From NCBI GenBank assembly GCA_018818405.1, contig JAHIRY010000017.1, forward strand, positions 7,563-71,562: 64,000 nt of DNA, given 5' to 3'. The notes beneath the pieces were generated by a model, which saw nothing but the letters and a program-made list of their open reading frames with translations, made no database searches and was not told the origin of the DNA. This document shows positions 27,973 to 38,596 of the stretch, one piece after another. This stretch comes from Patescibacteria group bacterium (GTDB lineage: Bacteria > Patescibacteriota > Patescibacteriia > UBA11705 > JABHMO01). Both the position numbers and the translations under genes were made by a program. Every line of letters starts with the position of its first letter. The stretch's first letter is position 1.

Positions 27973-28444
27973 CTTTTTGCTGTTCTGTTTTTGTAAACTT
28001 TTTCACCTTGTCAATGAATAAAATTCCGTCAAGATGATCAGTCTCATGCTGAATCACTCGCGCCATCAATCCATTGGCTGAAATTTTCATTTTTTCTCCT
28101 TCTTTGTTATAAGCTTCAACCACAATTGAAATATTTCTTTTCACCAGTCCGTAAATTCCGGGAATGCTCAGACAACCTTCTTCTCCCATCTCTTTTCGCC
28201 ATGATCTTTTTTTGATTTCAGGATTGATGAATTCCATGACTCCGTCTTTCAAACTTATTACAAAAATACGAACCGTTTGTCCAATTTGCGGAGCGGCCAG
28301 CCCGATTCCGTCTTTTTTTATCATGGTTTCAGTCAAATCAGAAACAAAAGCCTGAATTTCCTTAGACTTTATTTTATCTAAATTTACTTTTCTCGAAATC
28401 TTTCTTAAAGTTGGATCAGGATTGATTAAAACTTTTCTAATCAT
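27956..28444 (-). CDS. def: Peptide deformylase
   Basis: GIGLAAPQIG, EGCLS, QHETDHLDG. Confidence 0.98.
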   Translation of the reverse strand: MIRKVLINPDPTLRKISRKVNLDKIKSKEIQAFVSDLTETMIKKDGIGLAAPQIGQTVRIFVISLKDGVMEFINPEIKKRSWRKEMGEEGCLSIPGIYGLVKRNISIVVEAYNKEGEKMKISANGLMARVIQHETDHLDGILFIDKVKKFTKTEQQKDESKQ

Positions 28445-28471
28445 AAATTTGGTTACATTAAATCCAGCTTA

Positions 28472-30373
28472 TTATAACAGATTTGCCGGTTCTCTGTCAA
28501 TGCTCCAATGTTGAGGCAAATCAACAAAAATTTCCTTTTCACGCTCTTCCGGCAAATCAGGCAAGAAAATGGCTATTTGATAGCGATATCTTTTTCTGAT
28601 TTTCTTCAGGTAATACAAATACGGTTCAATAATCATTCCTTTTTCCGCTTTTACTTTCGGTTCCAGCAACTGAAAAATCCGTTCCGCTTCTTTTTCGCAA
28701 ACAGACAAATCATGATGCTGGAAAAATATTTTTATCAAATTTCTGAATGGAGGATAATTGAAATCTTTTCTCAGTTCGATCGCGTCCTTGTAAAATTTAG
28801 GAAAACCGTCATTCAAATATTTAAAAGCCGGATTTTCCGTAAAACATGTTTGCACAATCGCTCGAAGCGATCGACCGCAACGGGCGCGCGAAATCAATTC
28901 TGAAATCCAGCTGAATAATTTCCAGCTCGAATTGAAATCAGCCAAGTACGCGAGACTGTCAACATAAACGAGTCCGAGCAACTTTATATTTTTAAGAACA
29001 TCGTTTCTAATGTTCGCGCCGGTGGAAAGAATGATTTGCGCTTCAATCGAAGCATTTCCGTTTTCATCAATTTCAGCGATCGCGCAAGAAAATTTTTCTC
29101 GCAAAATTTTTTTGATCTGATTCAATCCGATTCCCAGAGCTTTCATGTTCGTTCCTCCGCAAGACGGACAGCGCAAATGAATCGGTTCGCTGTGTTTGCA
29201 ATGACGGCAGACCAGCTCTGATTCATTTTCAACGATCAACGGCAGGGAACAATGCGGACATTTCAATTCAAAGGCGCAATCTTTGCAAAAAAAGTAGCTG
29301 AACATTCCTTTTTTGTTTACAATGAGCAATGCTTTTTCTTTTTTCCGCATTGTTTCCTCAATCGCGCCGAGCAAACGATCGCTCAGATAGGTGAATTCAT
29401 TTCTTCTTTCTTCTTTCAAATCAATTATTTCCGCGAAATCATTTTTCAACGCGCCAAGGGAAATGGATTGATATTTTTCTTGCGCCGCTATATATGCGTC
29501 TTCGATTCTGGGAGTAAGACTGCTTAAAATTAATTTACTTCCCGTCAATTCGCTGATTTTCCTTGCCGCGGTTGTCGTCCGATATCGCGGAGTCTGATCC
29601 CATTGTTTGTAATCTTCGCTGTGCGCGTCATCCACAATAATGAATTCAGGCGAATGAAGCGGAGCAAATACAGCGGATCTGGTGCCGAGAATGATTTGCT
29701 TTTCATTATTCTTAATTTTATTCCACATTTCCAAATACAAATTTTTCGAAGTATAAAATTCATTATTCAAAATAACTGTTTGCTTTTTCAATTTCTCATT
29801 CAACATCAAATTAAATTCTTCCAGCTTGAATTTTTGCGGAAATAAAATTAAAATTTGTTTTTTACTTTCCATCGCCCGTTCGCAAAGAGCGAGAAAAAAA
29901 GAAAACTTCAAATTTAAATCATGCGGAAAAAGCAAATAATTTTTATTTTTCGAATCAAAAACTTGTTCAGCCAGCTTCCTTGAATTTTTCCCGATTGTAA
30001 TATTGGTAAATTTCAAATAACTTGTTTTTTCCGTAGCAGAACTTTTTCGCTTCGGTATTTCCGGCAAAATCAATTTCAGGGTTGAAGCCGGAGAATAATA
30101 ATAAAAAGAAGAAAACCATTTTATAAATTCCATTTGAAAGGGGAGCAAGCACCCGATTTTCTTGTCAATTCCAGCAATCTCCTTGGTTGATTCAAATGAA
30201 GTTTTCTCATCAATAAAAGCGACCGCGCCTTTTATCAAACGCGTTTTCATGGGAATATCGACAATCGTGCCGATTGAAATCGCTGATTGCAAATCTGCGG
30301 GAATATAATAATCGAAATATTCGATATTCCGCGGCAATTTCATAAATGGATAAACATGCGCGACTTTTGGCAT
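28472..30373 (-). CDS. priA: Primosomal protein N' (PriA) with degenerate helicase motifs
   Basis: FDY N-terminal domain, GTRSAVFAP, YKQ....PRY, four CxxC pairs, YPPF C-terminus. ATG 30373 is the likely start. Confidence 0.88.
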   Translation of the reverse strand: MPKVAHVYPFMKLPRNIEYFDYYIPADLQSAISIGTIVDIPMKTRLIKGAVAFIDEKTSFESTKEIAGIDKKIGCLLPFQMEFIKWFSSFYYYSPASTLKLILPEIPKRKSSATEKTSYLKFTNITIGKNSRKLAEQVFDSKNKNYLLFPHDLNLKFSFFLALCERAMESKKQILILFPQKFKLEEFNLMLNEKLKKQTVILNNEFYTSKNLYLEMWNKIKNNEKQIILGTRSAVFAPLHSPEFIIVDDAHSEDYKQWDQTPRYRTTTAARKISELTGSKLILSSLTPRIEDAYIAAQEKYQSISLGALKNDFAEIIDLKEERRNEFTYLSDRLLGAIEETMRKKEKALLIVNKKGMFSYFFCKDCAFELKCPHCSLPLIVENESELVCRHCKHSEPIHLRCPSCGGTNMKALGIGLNQIKKILREKFSCAIAEIDENGNASIEAQIILSTGANIRNDVLKNIKLLGLVYVDSLAYLADFNSSWKLFSWISELISRARCGRSLRAIVQTCFTENPAFKYLNDGFPKFYKDAIELRKDFNYPPFRNLIKIFFQHHDLSVCEKEAERIFQLLEPKVKAEKGMIIEPYLYYLKKIRKRYRYQIAIFLPDLPEEREKEIFVDLPQHWSIDREPANLL

Positions 30374-30487
30374 AAATTTTCTTATTCGAAAATAATCGTT
30401 TCCATCGGTAATGAAAATCATCATAAGGAACAAATATTTTTGTTCCCTGCGATACGATTTCATTTTTATAATATCGACAATCCGACA

Positions 30488-30515
30488 AAAAAACCGCCAA
30501 ATGGCGGCGGTTTTC
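30488..30515 (-). terminator. Intrinsic terminator
   Basis: AAAAAACCGCC-AAATGGC-GGCGGTTTT hairpin after the protein-B gene. Confidence 0.65.
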
Positions 30516-30518
30516 ATT

Positions 30519-31307
30519 TTATTTGAATTTCGCCTCTGCCACCAGATAACCGACGCCGAACGGCGATTCATAACTCAGCACTTCAAATTCATAATTCATT
30601 TTCTTTATCGCGCCGAGCAAGATTAAAATCGAACGCAATCCGCATTCTGCCGCGTCATCGACAAGATCGGATTCCATATTCATGATTCCATCAACATTTT
30701 TCTTTTTCAAAAATTGAATTATTTTTTTATCGAATTCTTTTGCTTTGGGCGAAAATCCGGCGGGCGCGTTCATTGACAATCGGTGAGAAAGATCGCCGCT
30801 CGCGATAATCGCGCATCGTTTATCCAATGAAAACACCGCTTCTTTTATGGCCTCTCCGAATTCAATATGCTTCTGATTACTTTGATACGAATAATTTATC
30901 GGAACAATTCTCCGACTCGCGTTTTTTCTTGTTAAATAATACAGAGGAATAGAAGCTCCATGATCCAAATTTTCATCGGAAATCAATTGAACCGGCAATT
31001 TTGTTTCGGTTTTGCTTTTCAATTCATTGATAAATTGCAAATCAGCTTTAAATTTCATCTCAGTGCTGAAATCTCCAAATTTTTCAAAGCGCGCAATGTA
31101 ATTCTGATGAGTGTTGATCGTAAATGAATCAAAACTTATTTCTCCATGTGGAGAAATTACAATAATCGTATCAGGCGCCGCCTGATTCAGATCTTCTTCC
31201 AATATATTGAATGCGTTGATTGTTTTGTCCAACTTTGCCATGTTTTCCTTTCCGATTGACGGAATGAGCAATGGCGGATGGGGGACAATGGCGCAAAATA
31301 CCAGCAT
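30519..31307 (-). CDS. LigB/MEMO-family protein (AmmeMemoRadiSam protein B-like)
   Basis: PHPP..IP.IG, VISPHG, LDHG..IPL, ASGDLSH, ECG, SYE.PFGVGY. Confidence 0.88.
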   Translation of the reverse strand: MLVFCAIVPHPPLLIPSIGKENMAKLDKTINAFNILEEDLNQAAPDTIIVISPHGEISFDSFTINTHQNYIARFEKFGDFSTEMKFKADLQFINELKSKTETKLPVQLISDENLDHGASIPLYYLTRKNASRRIVPINYSYQSNQKHIEFGEAIKEAVFSLDKRCAIIASGDLSHRLSMNAPAGFSPKAKEFDKKIIQFLKKKNVDGIMNMESDLVDDAAECGLRSILILLGAIKKMNYEFEVLSYESPFGVGYLVAEAKFK

Positions 31308-31352
31308 ATCAATCCAATTATTTTAATTCATTAACCTCAGATCATCTTGCGC

Positions 31353-32735
31353 TTAATTTTTCAAAAAGTCCAGATCGACCGTATCTCCGAGCGGAATATT
31401 GGTCAATGACTTTGGATCAACCACGCGAATATTTTTCCATTTATATCCCAATTTTTCAAAAACTTCTCCGGAATAAATCGGCCGTTTCGTTTCATTTGAG
31501 ATTACATACACTGTCGCCGCGTCAGTCGGCTTTACCAATTCTCCTTCTTTTATTCTCACGCTCCCGAGCCGCTGATATTTTTCCAATTCTTCCGGAGTCA
31601 CTCGCGTAATCGGATATTTGGGGAAATTAATTTTCAAAATATCTTTGGTAATAATCGGATATTTGTAGCCGTCTTGCACTAAAAATACGCCGCCGGTTAT
31701 TTTGTCCTGAAGCAGAGCGCCTTCCGGATATGAAGTGTCCAGCTTTATCTCTTCTCCGACTTCAAAATTTCCCACTTCAGCCTCTGTAATATCTTCAAAT
31801 TCTTCAGGATTGAATCCCAGCGTTCTGAGCACTTCCTGCGATTCGAATTTTCTCAATTTGTCATCAACTACCAGATACACATTTCCCGACGGTGATTCGA
31901 GAATTGAATAATTTGAAAATTTTATTGATTTTCCGATTTCATATTTTTCCAATTCATTTTTTCCGACAACAATCAATTTTGTAATGTCATATCGGGATGT
32001 GAGCGCGCCCTTGGTTGTGAACGGCCGTCGCTGTCCGCCTTTAATCAGCCAAATTCCTTGTTCGCCTTCAGCCTGCAACAAAGTTCCGTCAGGATAAATC
32101 TGATTGAACCAGCTGTTCCATATTTTCCAAAAATTATAATTGCCGTGAATGTGCGGAGTGAAATTGTACAAATTCGCGGTCGCTTGATTTTTGATTGTCA
32201 CATCATGTCCGTCAATCACATAATTTTTTCCCGGAGTTTTCAGCCATCCGTTGTTCGTATTTTCAATATACCAGCGATTCGCGCCGGCAGTGCTGTCAAC
32301 CTGCGTGCCGAACCCTTTGAACAATAGTATTGCCGGATCATTGACCGAGCAATCATCGCAAACGCCATAACCCATGGCCCAATCGTATTGCGACTGTTTT
32401 GGCGCGGAATCTTCGACAAGGCTTTGTTCTTTTTGCAGCATTGTCAATAAAAATTTCGGACTGATTTTATTTTCCTGTCCCGCTTCCCAGATGATTTCAG
32501 CCGCTGTTTTTACAATGCCGTCCTTGTCCGGCGCGGTAAAAGTCGCCAATGTGCCGGTTCTTCTATCCAAAAATGTCTGAACATCAGTACAGCTCATTGA
32601 TGAATAATCGGTCATATCCAAATCGGAAATAATATACCCATTGTCAAATTCCATGGCAAAAGCGCCAATGCTCGGAATTATTCCAAACATCAGCGAAAAC
32701 GCTAAAATAAAAGAGATTTTTTTGAACTTTTTCAT
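31353..32735 (-). CDS. Secreted surface protein, putative lysozyme-like N-domain plus repeated beta modules
   Basis: Signal peptide; ISPK.LL..LQKEQSL, AMGYG, N.ATA.LYNFTPH; repeats such as YPDGTLLQ...WLI..G.RR.F. Confidence 0.7.
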   Translation of the reverse strand: MKKFKKISFILAFSLMFGIIPSIGAFAMEFDNGYIISDLDMTDYSSMSCTDVQTFLDRRTGTLATFTAPDKDGIVKTAAEIIWEAGQENKISPKFLLTMLQKEQSLVEDSAPKQSQYDWAMGYGVCDDCSVNDPAILLFKGFGTQVDSTAGANRWYIENTNNGWLKTPGKNYVIDGHDVTIKNQATANLYNFTPHIHGNYNFWKIWNSWFNQIYPDGTLLQAEGEQGIWLIKGGQRRPFTTKGALTSRYDITKLIVVGKNELEKYEIGKSIKFSNYSILESPSGNVYLVVDDKLRKFESQEVLRTLGFNPEEFEDITEAEVGNFEVGEEIKLDTSYPEGALLQDKITGGVFLVQDGYKYPIITKDILKINFPKYPITRVTPEELEKYQRLGSVRIKEGELVKPTDAATVYVISNETKRPIYSGEVFEKLGYKWKNIRVVDPKSLTNIPLGDTVDLDFLKN

Positions 32736-32917
32736 ATGTAATTATTATAGCAAAAAGGGGATTGGCGGGCAAGCATTTTCATTCTCTCGAACTCCGAGAG
32801 ATTAGCTTGCAGCTGATTCCCGACGCTGGCGGGATGAATAGCTTCTTAGCTATTTGATATTTTGTTACATATAAAAAAACGGCCGTATTTTACGACCGCG
32901 CTTTCCGCTTGACTTGA

Positions 32918-33478
32918 TTACAGGTTTGCGGCTTCCGCTTTGCGAAAAAATTCTTCCGCATCTGCCAACGCACTGCAATACGTTCCCATCATTGCCTTCA
33001 CCTCATCTTCGCGATTCTTCTTTCCCGTCAAATATGCGATATCATGGCAGAGTCTGGCCGCGGTTTCAATGCATCTGTCACTTTCCAAAAGCATTCGCCG
33101 GCTGTCGTCGGCAGTTGACGCTCTGGCAACCAAATTGTTGTATTTGTCCACCAGATTGCGAAGATTCCAATCCAGATGAAATTTTTCATCGGTTTTTCGT
33201 TTTTTCAGTCCGATTGTTTCATAGATGAACAAAATGCCAAGAATGAAGGACATGGCAATGATTTCTCCATAAAAAAATTGAATGTCCATATTTCCAGAAA
33301 TGACCAAATGGTATGAAACGAATATCAGCAAAACATAAAGCGCATTGATGACCATCATGTTGATAAAAAAATTCCGCCTCTGCCGGCTCACACCATCTTC
33401 GTTTGTTTTTGTGACCTTTTGAAAATATTCCTTTTTGCGCAAAAACGGATATTCCAGATGCGTATGCGGTGTTTTCAT
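32918..33478 (-). CDS. Hypothetical two-TM membrane protein
   Basis: SD GAGGAGGT, TTGACA-N17-TATATT promoter, downstream hairpin with T-tract. Confidence 0.75.
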   Translation of the reverse strand: MKTPHTHLEYPFLRKKEYFQKVTKTNEDGVSRQRRNFFINMMVINALYVLLIFVSYHLVISGNMDIQFFYGEIIAMSFILGILFIYETIGLKKRKTDEKFHLDWNLRNLVDKYNNLVARASTADDSRRMLLESDRCIETAARLCHDIAYLTGKKNREDEVKAMMGTYCSALADAEEFFRKAEAANL

Positions 33479-33550
33479 GGCGACCTCCTCGCTTGGGTTG
33501 AAAGATCAATTAACAAAATATATCAGATGCACTTTGTTTTGTCAAGCGTT

Positions 33551-33579
33551 AAAAAATCCGGCGGCTAGCCGGATTTTTT
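33551..33579 (-). terminator. clpB terminator
   Basis: AAAAAATCCGGC-loop-GCCGGATTTTTT. Confidence 0.85.
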
Positions 33580-33583
33580 GCGA

Positions 33584-36205
33584 TTAATTCTGTTGAAATA
33601 TTACTTTGCCATTATAATCCACCAAAACTTTGTCTTTTATTTTTCCCTGAACAATGCGCATTGCCAATTCATCGAGAATTTTATTTTGAATTACACGCTT
33701 TAGCGGGCGAGCGCCGAACTGCGGATCATATCCTTCGTTTGCCAGCATTTCTCTCGTCTCTTTTGAAAATTCAATTTCAATATCTTTTTTCGCCGCACGC
33801 TCCGCCACTTTTTCCAATTGCAAATCAACGATTTTTCTGATTTCGTTTTTGCCGAGAGCTTCGAAAATTATCACTTCATCGATTCGATTCAAAAATTCGG
33901 GACGGAAATTGTCCTTTAATATTTTCAAAATTTTATCATCATTTTTTTCTTTGATGGAAATTTCATCCGAACCAAAACCAATGTCGCTCTTGTTCAGCGA
34001 ATTGAGAATCACATCGCTTCCTATATTTGATGTCATTATAATTATTGTGTTTTTGAAATTAACGGTTCTGCCTTTCGCGTCAGTCAATCGTCCGTCATCG
34101 AGCAGTTGCAATAAAACATTGAAAACTTCCGGATGCGCTTTTTCAATTTCATCAAACAAAACAACAGAATACGGACGCCGGCGAATCTGCTCGGTCAGCT
34201 GTCCTCCATCGTCAAATCCGACATAACCCGGAGGAGAGCCGATCAGTTTTGAAACCGAATGTTTTTCCATGAATTCCGACATGTCAACCCGGACAATCGA
34301 TTCTTCATTGTTGAACATGAATTCAGCCAGCGCTTTTGCCAATTCGGTTTTTCCCACTCCGGTAGGACCGAGAAAAATGAAAGATCCGATCGGACGATTT
34401 TCTTCGGAAAGTCCGGCGCGCGATCGCCGCAAAGCATTGGCAACCGCTGTGATTGATTTTTTTTGTCCGATGACGCGAAGCGCCAATTCTTTTTCAATAA
34501 ACGCCAATTTTTCCATTTCGCTTTGCAGCATTTTCGATACCGGAATTCCGGTCCAGCGCGCCACCACGTTTGCAATGTCCTCGGCAGTCACTTCTTCCTT
34601 TAAAATCTGCCGTCCGCCCGGACCGCTCTGAACTGTTTTTAATTTTTCCTGAAACTCTTTTATTATTTTTTCATTTTCCGGAATTCGGCCGAAACGGATT
34701 TCCGCCACGCGGTCATATTCTGATTTTCTTTCCAGAATATCAGCTTCTTGTTTCAATCGGTCAATTTCTTTTTTCGCGTCATGAATTTTCCCGATGATTT
34801 CTTTTTCTTTGCGCCAATGTATTTCCAAACGGTTTGACTGCTCCTTCAATTCTTCCAATTCTTTTTCAATTTCACGAATCTTGTGTTCGGTTGTTTCCGT
34901 TTTTTCTCTGGCAATGGCTTGCTTTTCAATTTCCAGCTTCATGATTTTTCTTTTGAATTGATCAAGCTCGGTCGGCAAACTGTTCAATTCGATTCGAAGA
35001 GCGGAAGTAGCTTCGTCAACAAGATCAATCGCTTTGTCCGGCAAAAATCTCTCGGTAATATATCGTTCGGAAAGATTGGCCGCTTCCACAATCGCTTCAT
35101 CGGTAATGCGCACGCCGTGGTGAACTTCATATTTTTCCTTGATCCCGCGCAAAATCGCGATTGTGTCATCTAGATTCGGTTCGGGAACCAATACCGGCTG
35201 AAATCGTCTTTCCAGTGCCGCGTCTTTTTCAATATATTTTTGATATTCTTTCAATGTTGTCGCGCCAATGCAATGCAAATCTCCGCGCGCCAACGCAGGC
35301 TTCAGCATATTCGAAGCATCGAGCGAACCTTCAATCGCGCCGGCTCCGACAATCGTATGCAATTCATCGATGAAAATAATATATTTTTCTTTGCTTTTTT
35401 GAATTTCCTGCAAAACAGCTCGCATTCTTTCTTCAAATTCTCCGCGAAATTTCGAACCGGCAAGAAGGGAACTGATGTCCAAACTTAAAACTTCTTTGTT
35501 TTTCAAATTGTCAGGCACATCGCCGGCGACAATTCTCTGAGCCAATCCCTCGGCAATCGCGGTTTTTCCCACTCCCGGCTCGCCGATCAGCACCGGATTA
35601 TTTTTTGTTCTGCGCGAGAGAACTTGCAAAACTCTTCTGATCTCATCATCTCTTCCGATAATCGGATCGAATTTTTCTTCCCGCGCTTTTTGAGTCAAAT
35701 TGATAGTGTATTTTTCCAAAACCTGATATTTATTTTCCGGATCAGGCGAATCAACTTTTTGCGTTCCGCGAACTTCAGCCAAAATTTTCAGAACAGAATC
35801 ATAATCAACCTGAAAATGTTCCAAAATAATATTCGCTTCAGAATCGACTTTCAACAAAGATAAAAACAAATGTTCAGTGCTGATAAATTCATCGCCCAAT
35901 TTTTTTGATTCTTTTTCCGCAGTGATCAAAACATAATTCATCTGCGCGGTAATCAATGCTTGCGCGCTGAGATTTCGGTTTTCGCTTTTTGGCAGAGAAC
36001 GCAAAACTTTTTCCACTTCGGAAATAATCGTTTCAATCGGGACTTCCAATTTCTTTAAAATCGAAAGCACCACGCTCTGATCCTGATGCATGAGCGCATG
36101 AAGCAAATGCAGGGGATCGAGCTCCAAATTTTTGTATTCAAAAGCCAAAACCTGAGCTTCTTGCAAAGCTTGCTGGCTATTCGTGGTAAATTTATTGATA
36201 TCCAT
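33584..36205 (-). CDS. clpB: ATP-dependent chaperone ClpB
   Basis: Two AAA+ modules ([16 protein letters not shown]), coiled-coil middle domain, RVDMSE, GARPLKR. Confidence 0.98.
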   Translation of the reverse strand: MDINKFTTNSQQALQEAQVLAFEYKNLELDPLHLLHALMHQDQSVVLSILKKLEVPIETIISEVEKVLRSLPKSENRNLSAQALITAQMNYVLITAEKESKKLGDEFISTEHLFLSLLKVDSEANIILEHFQVDYDSVLKILAEVRGTQKVDSPDPENKYQVLEKYTINLTQKAREEKFDPIIGRDDEIRRVLQVLSRRTKNNPVLIGEPGVGKTAIAEGLAQRIVAGDVPDNLKNKEVLSLDISSLLAGSKFRGEFEERMRAVLQEIQKSKEKYIIFIDELHTIVGAGAIEGSLDASNMLKPALARGDLHCIGATTLKEYQKYIEKDAALERRFQPVLVPEPNLDDTIAILRGIKEKYEVHHGVRITDEAIVEAANLSERYITERFLPDKAIDLVDEATSALRIELNSLPTELDQFKRKIMKLEIEKQAIAREKTETTEHKIREIEKELEELKEQSNRLEIHWRKEKEIIGKIHDAKKEIDRLKQEADILERKSEYDRVAEIRFGRIPENEKIIKEFQEKLKTVQSGPGGRQILKEEVTAEDIANVVARWTGIPVSKMLQSEMEKLAFIEKELALRVIGQKKSITAVANALRRSRAGLSEENRPIGSFIFLGPTGVGKTELAKALAEFMFNNEESIVRVDMSEFMEKHSVSKLIGSPPGYVGFDDGGQLTEQIRRRPYSVVLFDEIEKAHPEVFNVLLQLLDDGRLTDAKGRTVNFKNTIIIMTSNIGSDVILNSLNKSDIGFGSDEISIKEKNDDKILKILKDNFRPEFLNRIDEVIIFEALGKNEIRKIVDLQLEKVAERAAKKDIEIEFSKETREMLANEGYDPQFGARPLKRVIQNKILDELAMRIVQGKIKDKVLVDYNGKVIFQQN

Positions 36206-36224
36206 AGATTTATCGGATTAATAC

Positions 36225-36251
36225 TTAGCACTCCCAGTACTTGATTGCTAA
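36225..36251. promoter_or_regulatory. CIRCE element (HrcA operator) upstream of clpB
   Basis: TTAGCACTC-N9-GATTGCTAA, one mismatch to TTAGCACTC-N9-GAGTGCTAA; lies just downstream of a minus-strand TTGACA-N16-TATAAT promoter (36283-36256). Confidence 0.92.
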
Positions 36252-36392
36252 ATATATTATATGAAAATCAGCATAATTGTCAACTTTCTTTTTTAGCGGT
36301 AATTTGGTAGAATTATATTGATGCGAATTCACGAATTATTAGTTTGATGTCACGAATTTACAAATATTACGAATGTTACGAATTATTAGTTG

Positions 36393-36490
36393 GGTTGATA
36401 CCACCGCAGCGTGCGGGATCCCGTCTCACAGCGGTGATTTAGTATTTAGAATTTTAATTGTGCTACATGTTATATGTTACATGTTACATG
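36393..36490 (+). repeat. Modular intergenic repeat, copy 1
   Basis: GGTTGATACCACCGCAGCGTGCGGG...CTCACAGCGG then ATTTTAATTGTGCTACATGTTATATGTTA; shared with 57819 and 58541. Confidence 0.85.
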
Positions 36491-37690
36491 AAAAAAACTA
36501 TGAAACCTCAAGAATTCAAAAACAAAATGACAATACTCGGCGTCAAAATAGACGACCAGCCGATTGAATGGATTATGAATCGCATTGATCATTTTTTGAA
36601 TTCCGAAAACAATCACAAAATATTCACTCCTAATCCGGAAATCTGTCTGCGCGCGGGCAATGATGAACATTACAGAAAATTATTGAACACAGCCGACATC
36701 AACACTCCGGACGGAATCGGATTGAAGCTGGGCGCCAAAATTTTGCGGCAGGAATTGAAAAATCGAGTCACCGGCGCTGATCTGACAAAAGCCATTCTCG
36801 AAAAATACAAATCGCAAAACATTTCCGTTTTCATTGTAATAAAAAGCAATTCGCTCTCAACCGAATCTGACATAAAAAAATTATTCAAAGAAAATTATCC
36901 GCAAATAAAAGTAAAAGTCGGGGTTGTTGACAAAGACGACTGCTTGAATTGCGATAAAGTTCTAAATGATATCAATGATTTCAATCCGCAAATTCTTTTC
37001 ATCGCGCTGGGCGCGCCTGACCAAGAAATCTGGATCAACAAATATTCGAACATTCTAACTTCAGTGCGCGCGTCGCTCGGAGTCGGCGGAAGCTTTGATT
37101 TTCTGACCGGAAAAATGAAACGCGCGCCGGAAATAATTCGAAAGCTCGGAGCTGAGTGGCTCTATAGATTGTATCGGGAACCGAAACGGCTCATGAGAAT
37201 AAAACACGCGACAGCTGATTTTCTAATTCTCTGTCATCAGTGGGAAAAACGAATGGACAATGAATTTCGAATAAATGTTCTCGGCATCATCAAAAATAAA
37301 GAAGGAAAATATTTGATTCAAAAAAACGCGCGATTAAAAGAACATTGGCAATTTCCACAAGGCGGCGTGGATGAAGGCGAAAGGCCGGAAATGGCCGTTG
37401 TTCGTGAAACGGCCGAAGAATTGGGAGCTGAGGAGAGATTATTTAAAGTAATTAAAAAAATTCCCGACGGACATGAATATGTTTGGCCTCGATATGCTCA
37501 GCTTCTCCGCGGATACAAAGGACAAACGCAAACCGCTTTTGTTCTGGAATTCAATGGAAACGATTCTGACTTTCATCCGGAGAAAAGCGATGAAGTGGTG
37601 GCAATCAAATGGGTGGGAAAAACCGAAATTCTAAAAAATTTGCATCCGGTCAGACGGGAATTCGCGAAAAAATTGATTAGATATCTTTAA
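36488..37690 (+). CDS. WecB/TagA/CpsF (GT26) glycosyltransferase fused to an RppH-like Nudix hydrolase
   Basis: TPNPE, PDGIG, RVTGADL, ALGAP.QE.W, GVGGSFD, RAP, EWLYRL..EP.R; C-terminal Nudix box WQFPQGGVDEGE.PE.AV.RE.AEELG. Confidence 0.9.
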   Translation: MKKTMKPQEFKNKMTILGVKIDDQPIEWIMNRIDHFLNSENNHKIFTPNPEICLRAGNDEHYRKLLNTADINTPDGIGLKLGAKILRQELKNRVTGADLTKAILEKYKSQNISVFIVIKSNSLSTESDIKKLFKENYPQIKVKVGVVDKDDCLNCDKVLNDINDFNPQILFIALGAPDQEIWINKYSNILTSVRASLGVGGSFDFLTGKMKRAPEIIRKLGAEWLYRLYREPKRLMRIKHATADFLILCHQWEKRMDNEFRINVLGIIKNKEGKYLIQKNARLKEHWQFPQGGVDEGERPEMAVVRETAEELGAEERLFKVIKKIPDGHEYVWPRYAQLLRGYKGQTQTAFVLEFNGNDSDFHPEKSDEVVAIKWVGKTEILKNLHPVRREFAKKLIRYL

Positions 37691-37775
37691 TCGCGAAAAA
37701 TATTTTTAAAAAAATAAATGCGGCCATCAATGCGATGAGCCGCGTTTTTCTTTCCCCGACATTTTTCCTCGAAAT

Positions 37776-38390
37776 TTAATTGAAAGCCAATGAATCCTGC
37801 ACAATCTCGACTCTGCCATGCGTGGTGGCTCGGATCAAGATCGCCGGCGACAAGCGTACCGAAGCGCCGTCTCTCAACAGACATATCAGATGCAACTGTC
37901 CGCTTTTCTCAAAATACTTTTGATAAAGAACAATATGGTTTTCAGAAAGTCTTTTTATTTCCTTCACTTCCTGACGCGGAACTGAGAAACTCAGAATCTG
38001 AATCTGTCCATCGCTCCAAACCATCCCTTTTTCAGGGAGCCATATCGGATAGATTGCGCACATTTGTTTTGCGCCGGTGTGTTTTTCCCGGATAGTGACA
38101 CCGAGAATGCTCCGCAACTCCGCGTAGGGAATCGGAATTTGTTCGGGATCTGAAATCGGAGTTCCTTTCATTGCAAAATTGAAAACTTTCGAAAGTTCCT
38201 CGACAGATGGAACCGCTGTATTTCCTTCCTCAGGATACACGAAGACGAACTGTCGTCTCTTGTCGCGGTCATTCACGCAGAAACATACGCATTGTCCGAC
38301 AAATGCCGTAATGATTTCCTGTTTGAAAAAAATCGGCCAGAAACTTGCTGGAATTGACAAAAAAAGGCCTTCTCTTTCCACTCGTATCAT
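37776..38390 (-). CDS. Hypothetical protein
   Basis: 204-aa ORF with SD AAAGGAGGT, upstream TTGACA, downstream hairpin. Confidence 0.7.
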   Translation of the reverse strand: MIRVEREGLFLSIPASFWPIFFKQEIITAFVGQCVCFCVNDRDKRRQFVFVYPEEGNTAVPSVEELSKVFNFAMKGTPISDPEQIPIPYAELRSILGVTIREKHTGAKQMCAIYPIWLPEKGMVWSDGQIQILSFSVPRQEVKEIKRLSENHIVLYQKYFEKSGQLHLICLLRDGASVRLSPAILIRATTHGRVEIVQDSLAFN

Positions 38391-38519
38391 TCGGAACCTC
38401 CTTTCCCCCTATAATCTATTTTATCACAGTTGAATGAACAAATGAATTTATCAAAGCTTAACAATTATCAAATAAGTTGTCAATAACTGATAACAGATGA
38501 ATAATCCTTGAAAAAACAA

Positions 38520-38550
38520 AGACACCTGTGATTCAGAACCACAGGTGTCT
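38520..38550 (-). terminator. Terminator of the GC-rich gene
   Basis: AGACACCTGTG-N9-CACAGGTGTCT perfect 11-bp stem followed by a T-rich tail on the minus strand. Confidence 0.8.
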
Positions 38551-38596
38551 AATGCTATTTAGTTTTCAAAGAACTTCCGAGAACGGATGATGACGA

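Noticed and set aside
30374-30571. N-terminal extensions given in the ORF track (priA; likewise alr, lysS, helicase, redoxin)
   Set aside because: They run through terminators, promoters or neighbouring genes; downstream ATGs fit the family N-termini better.
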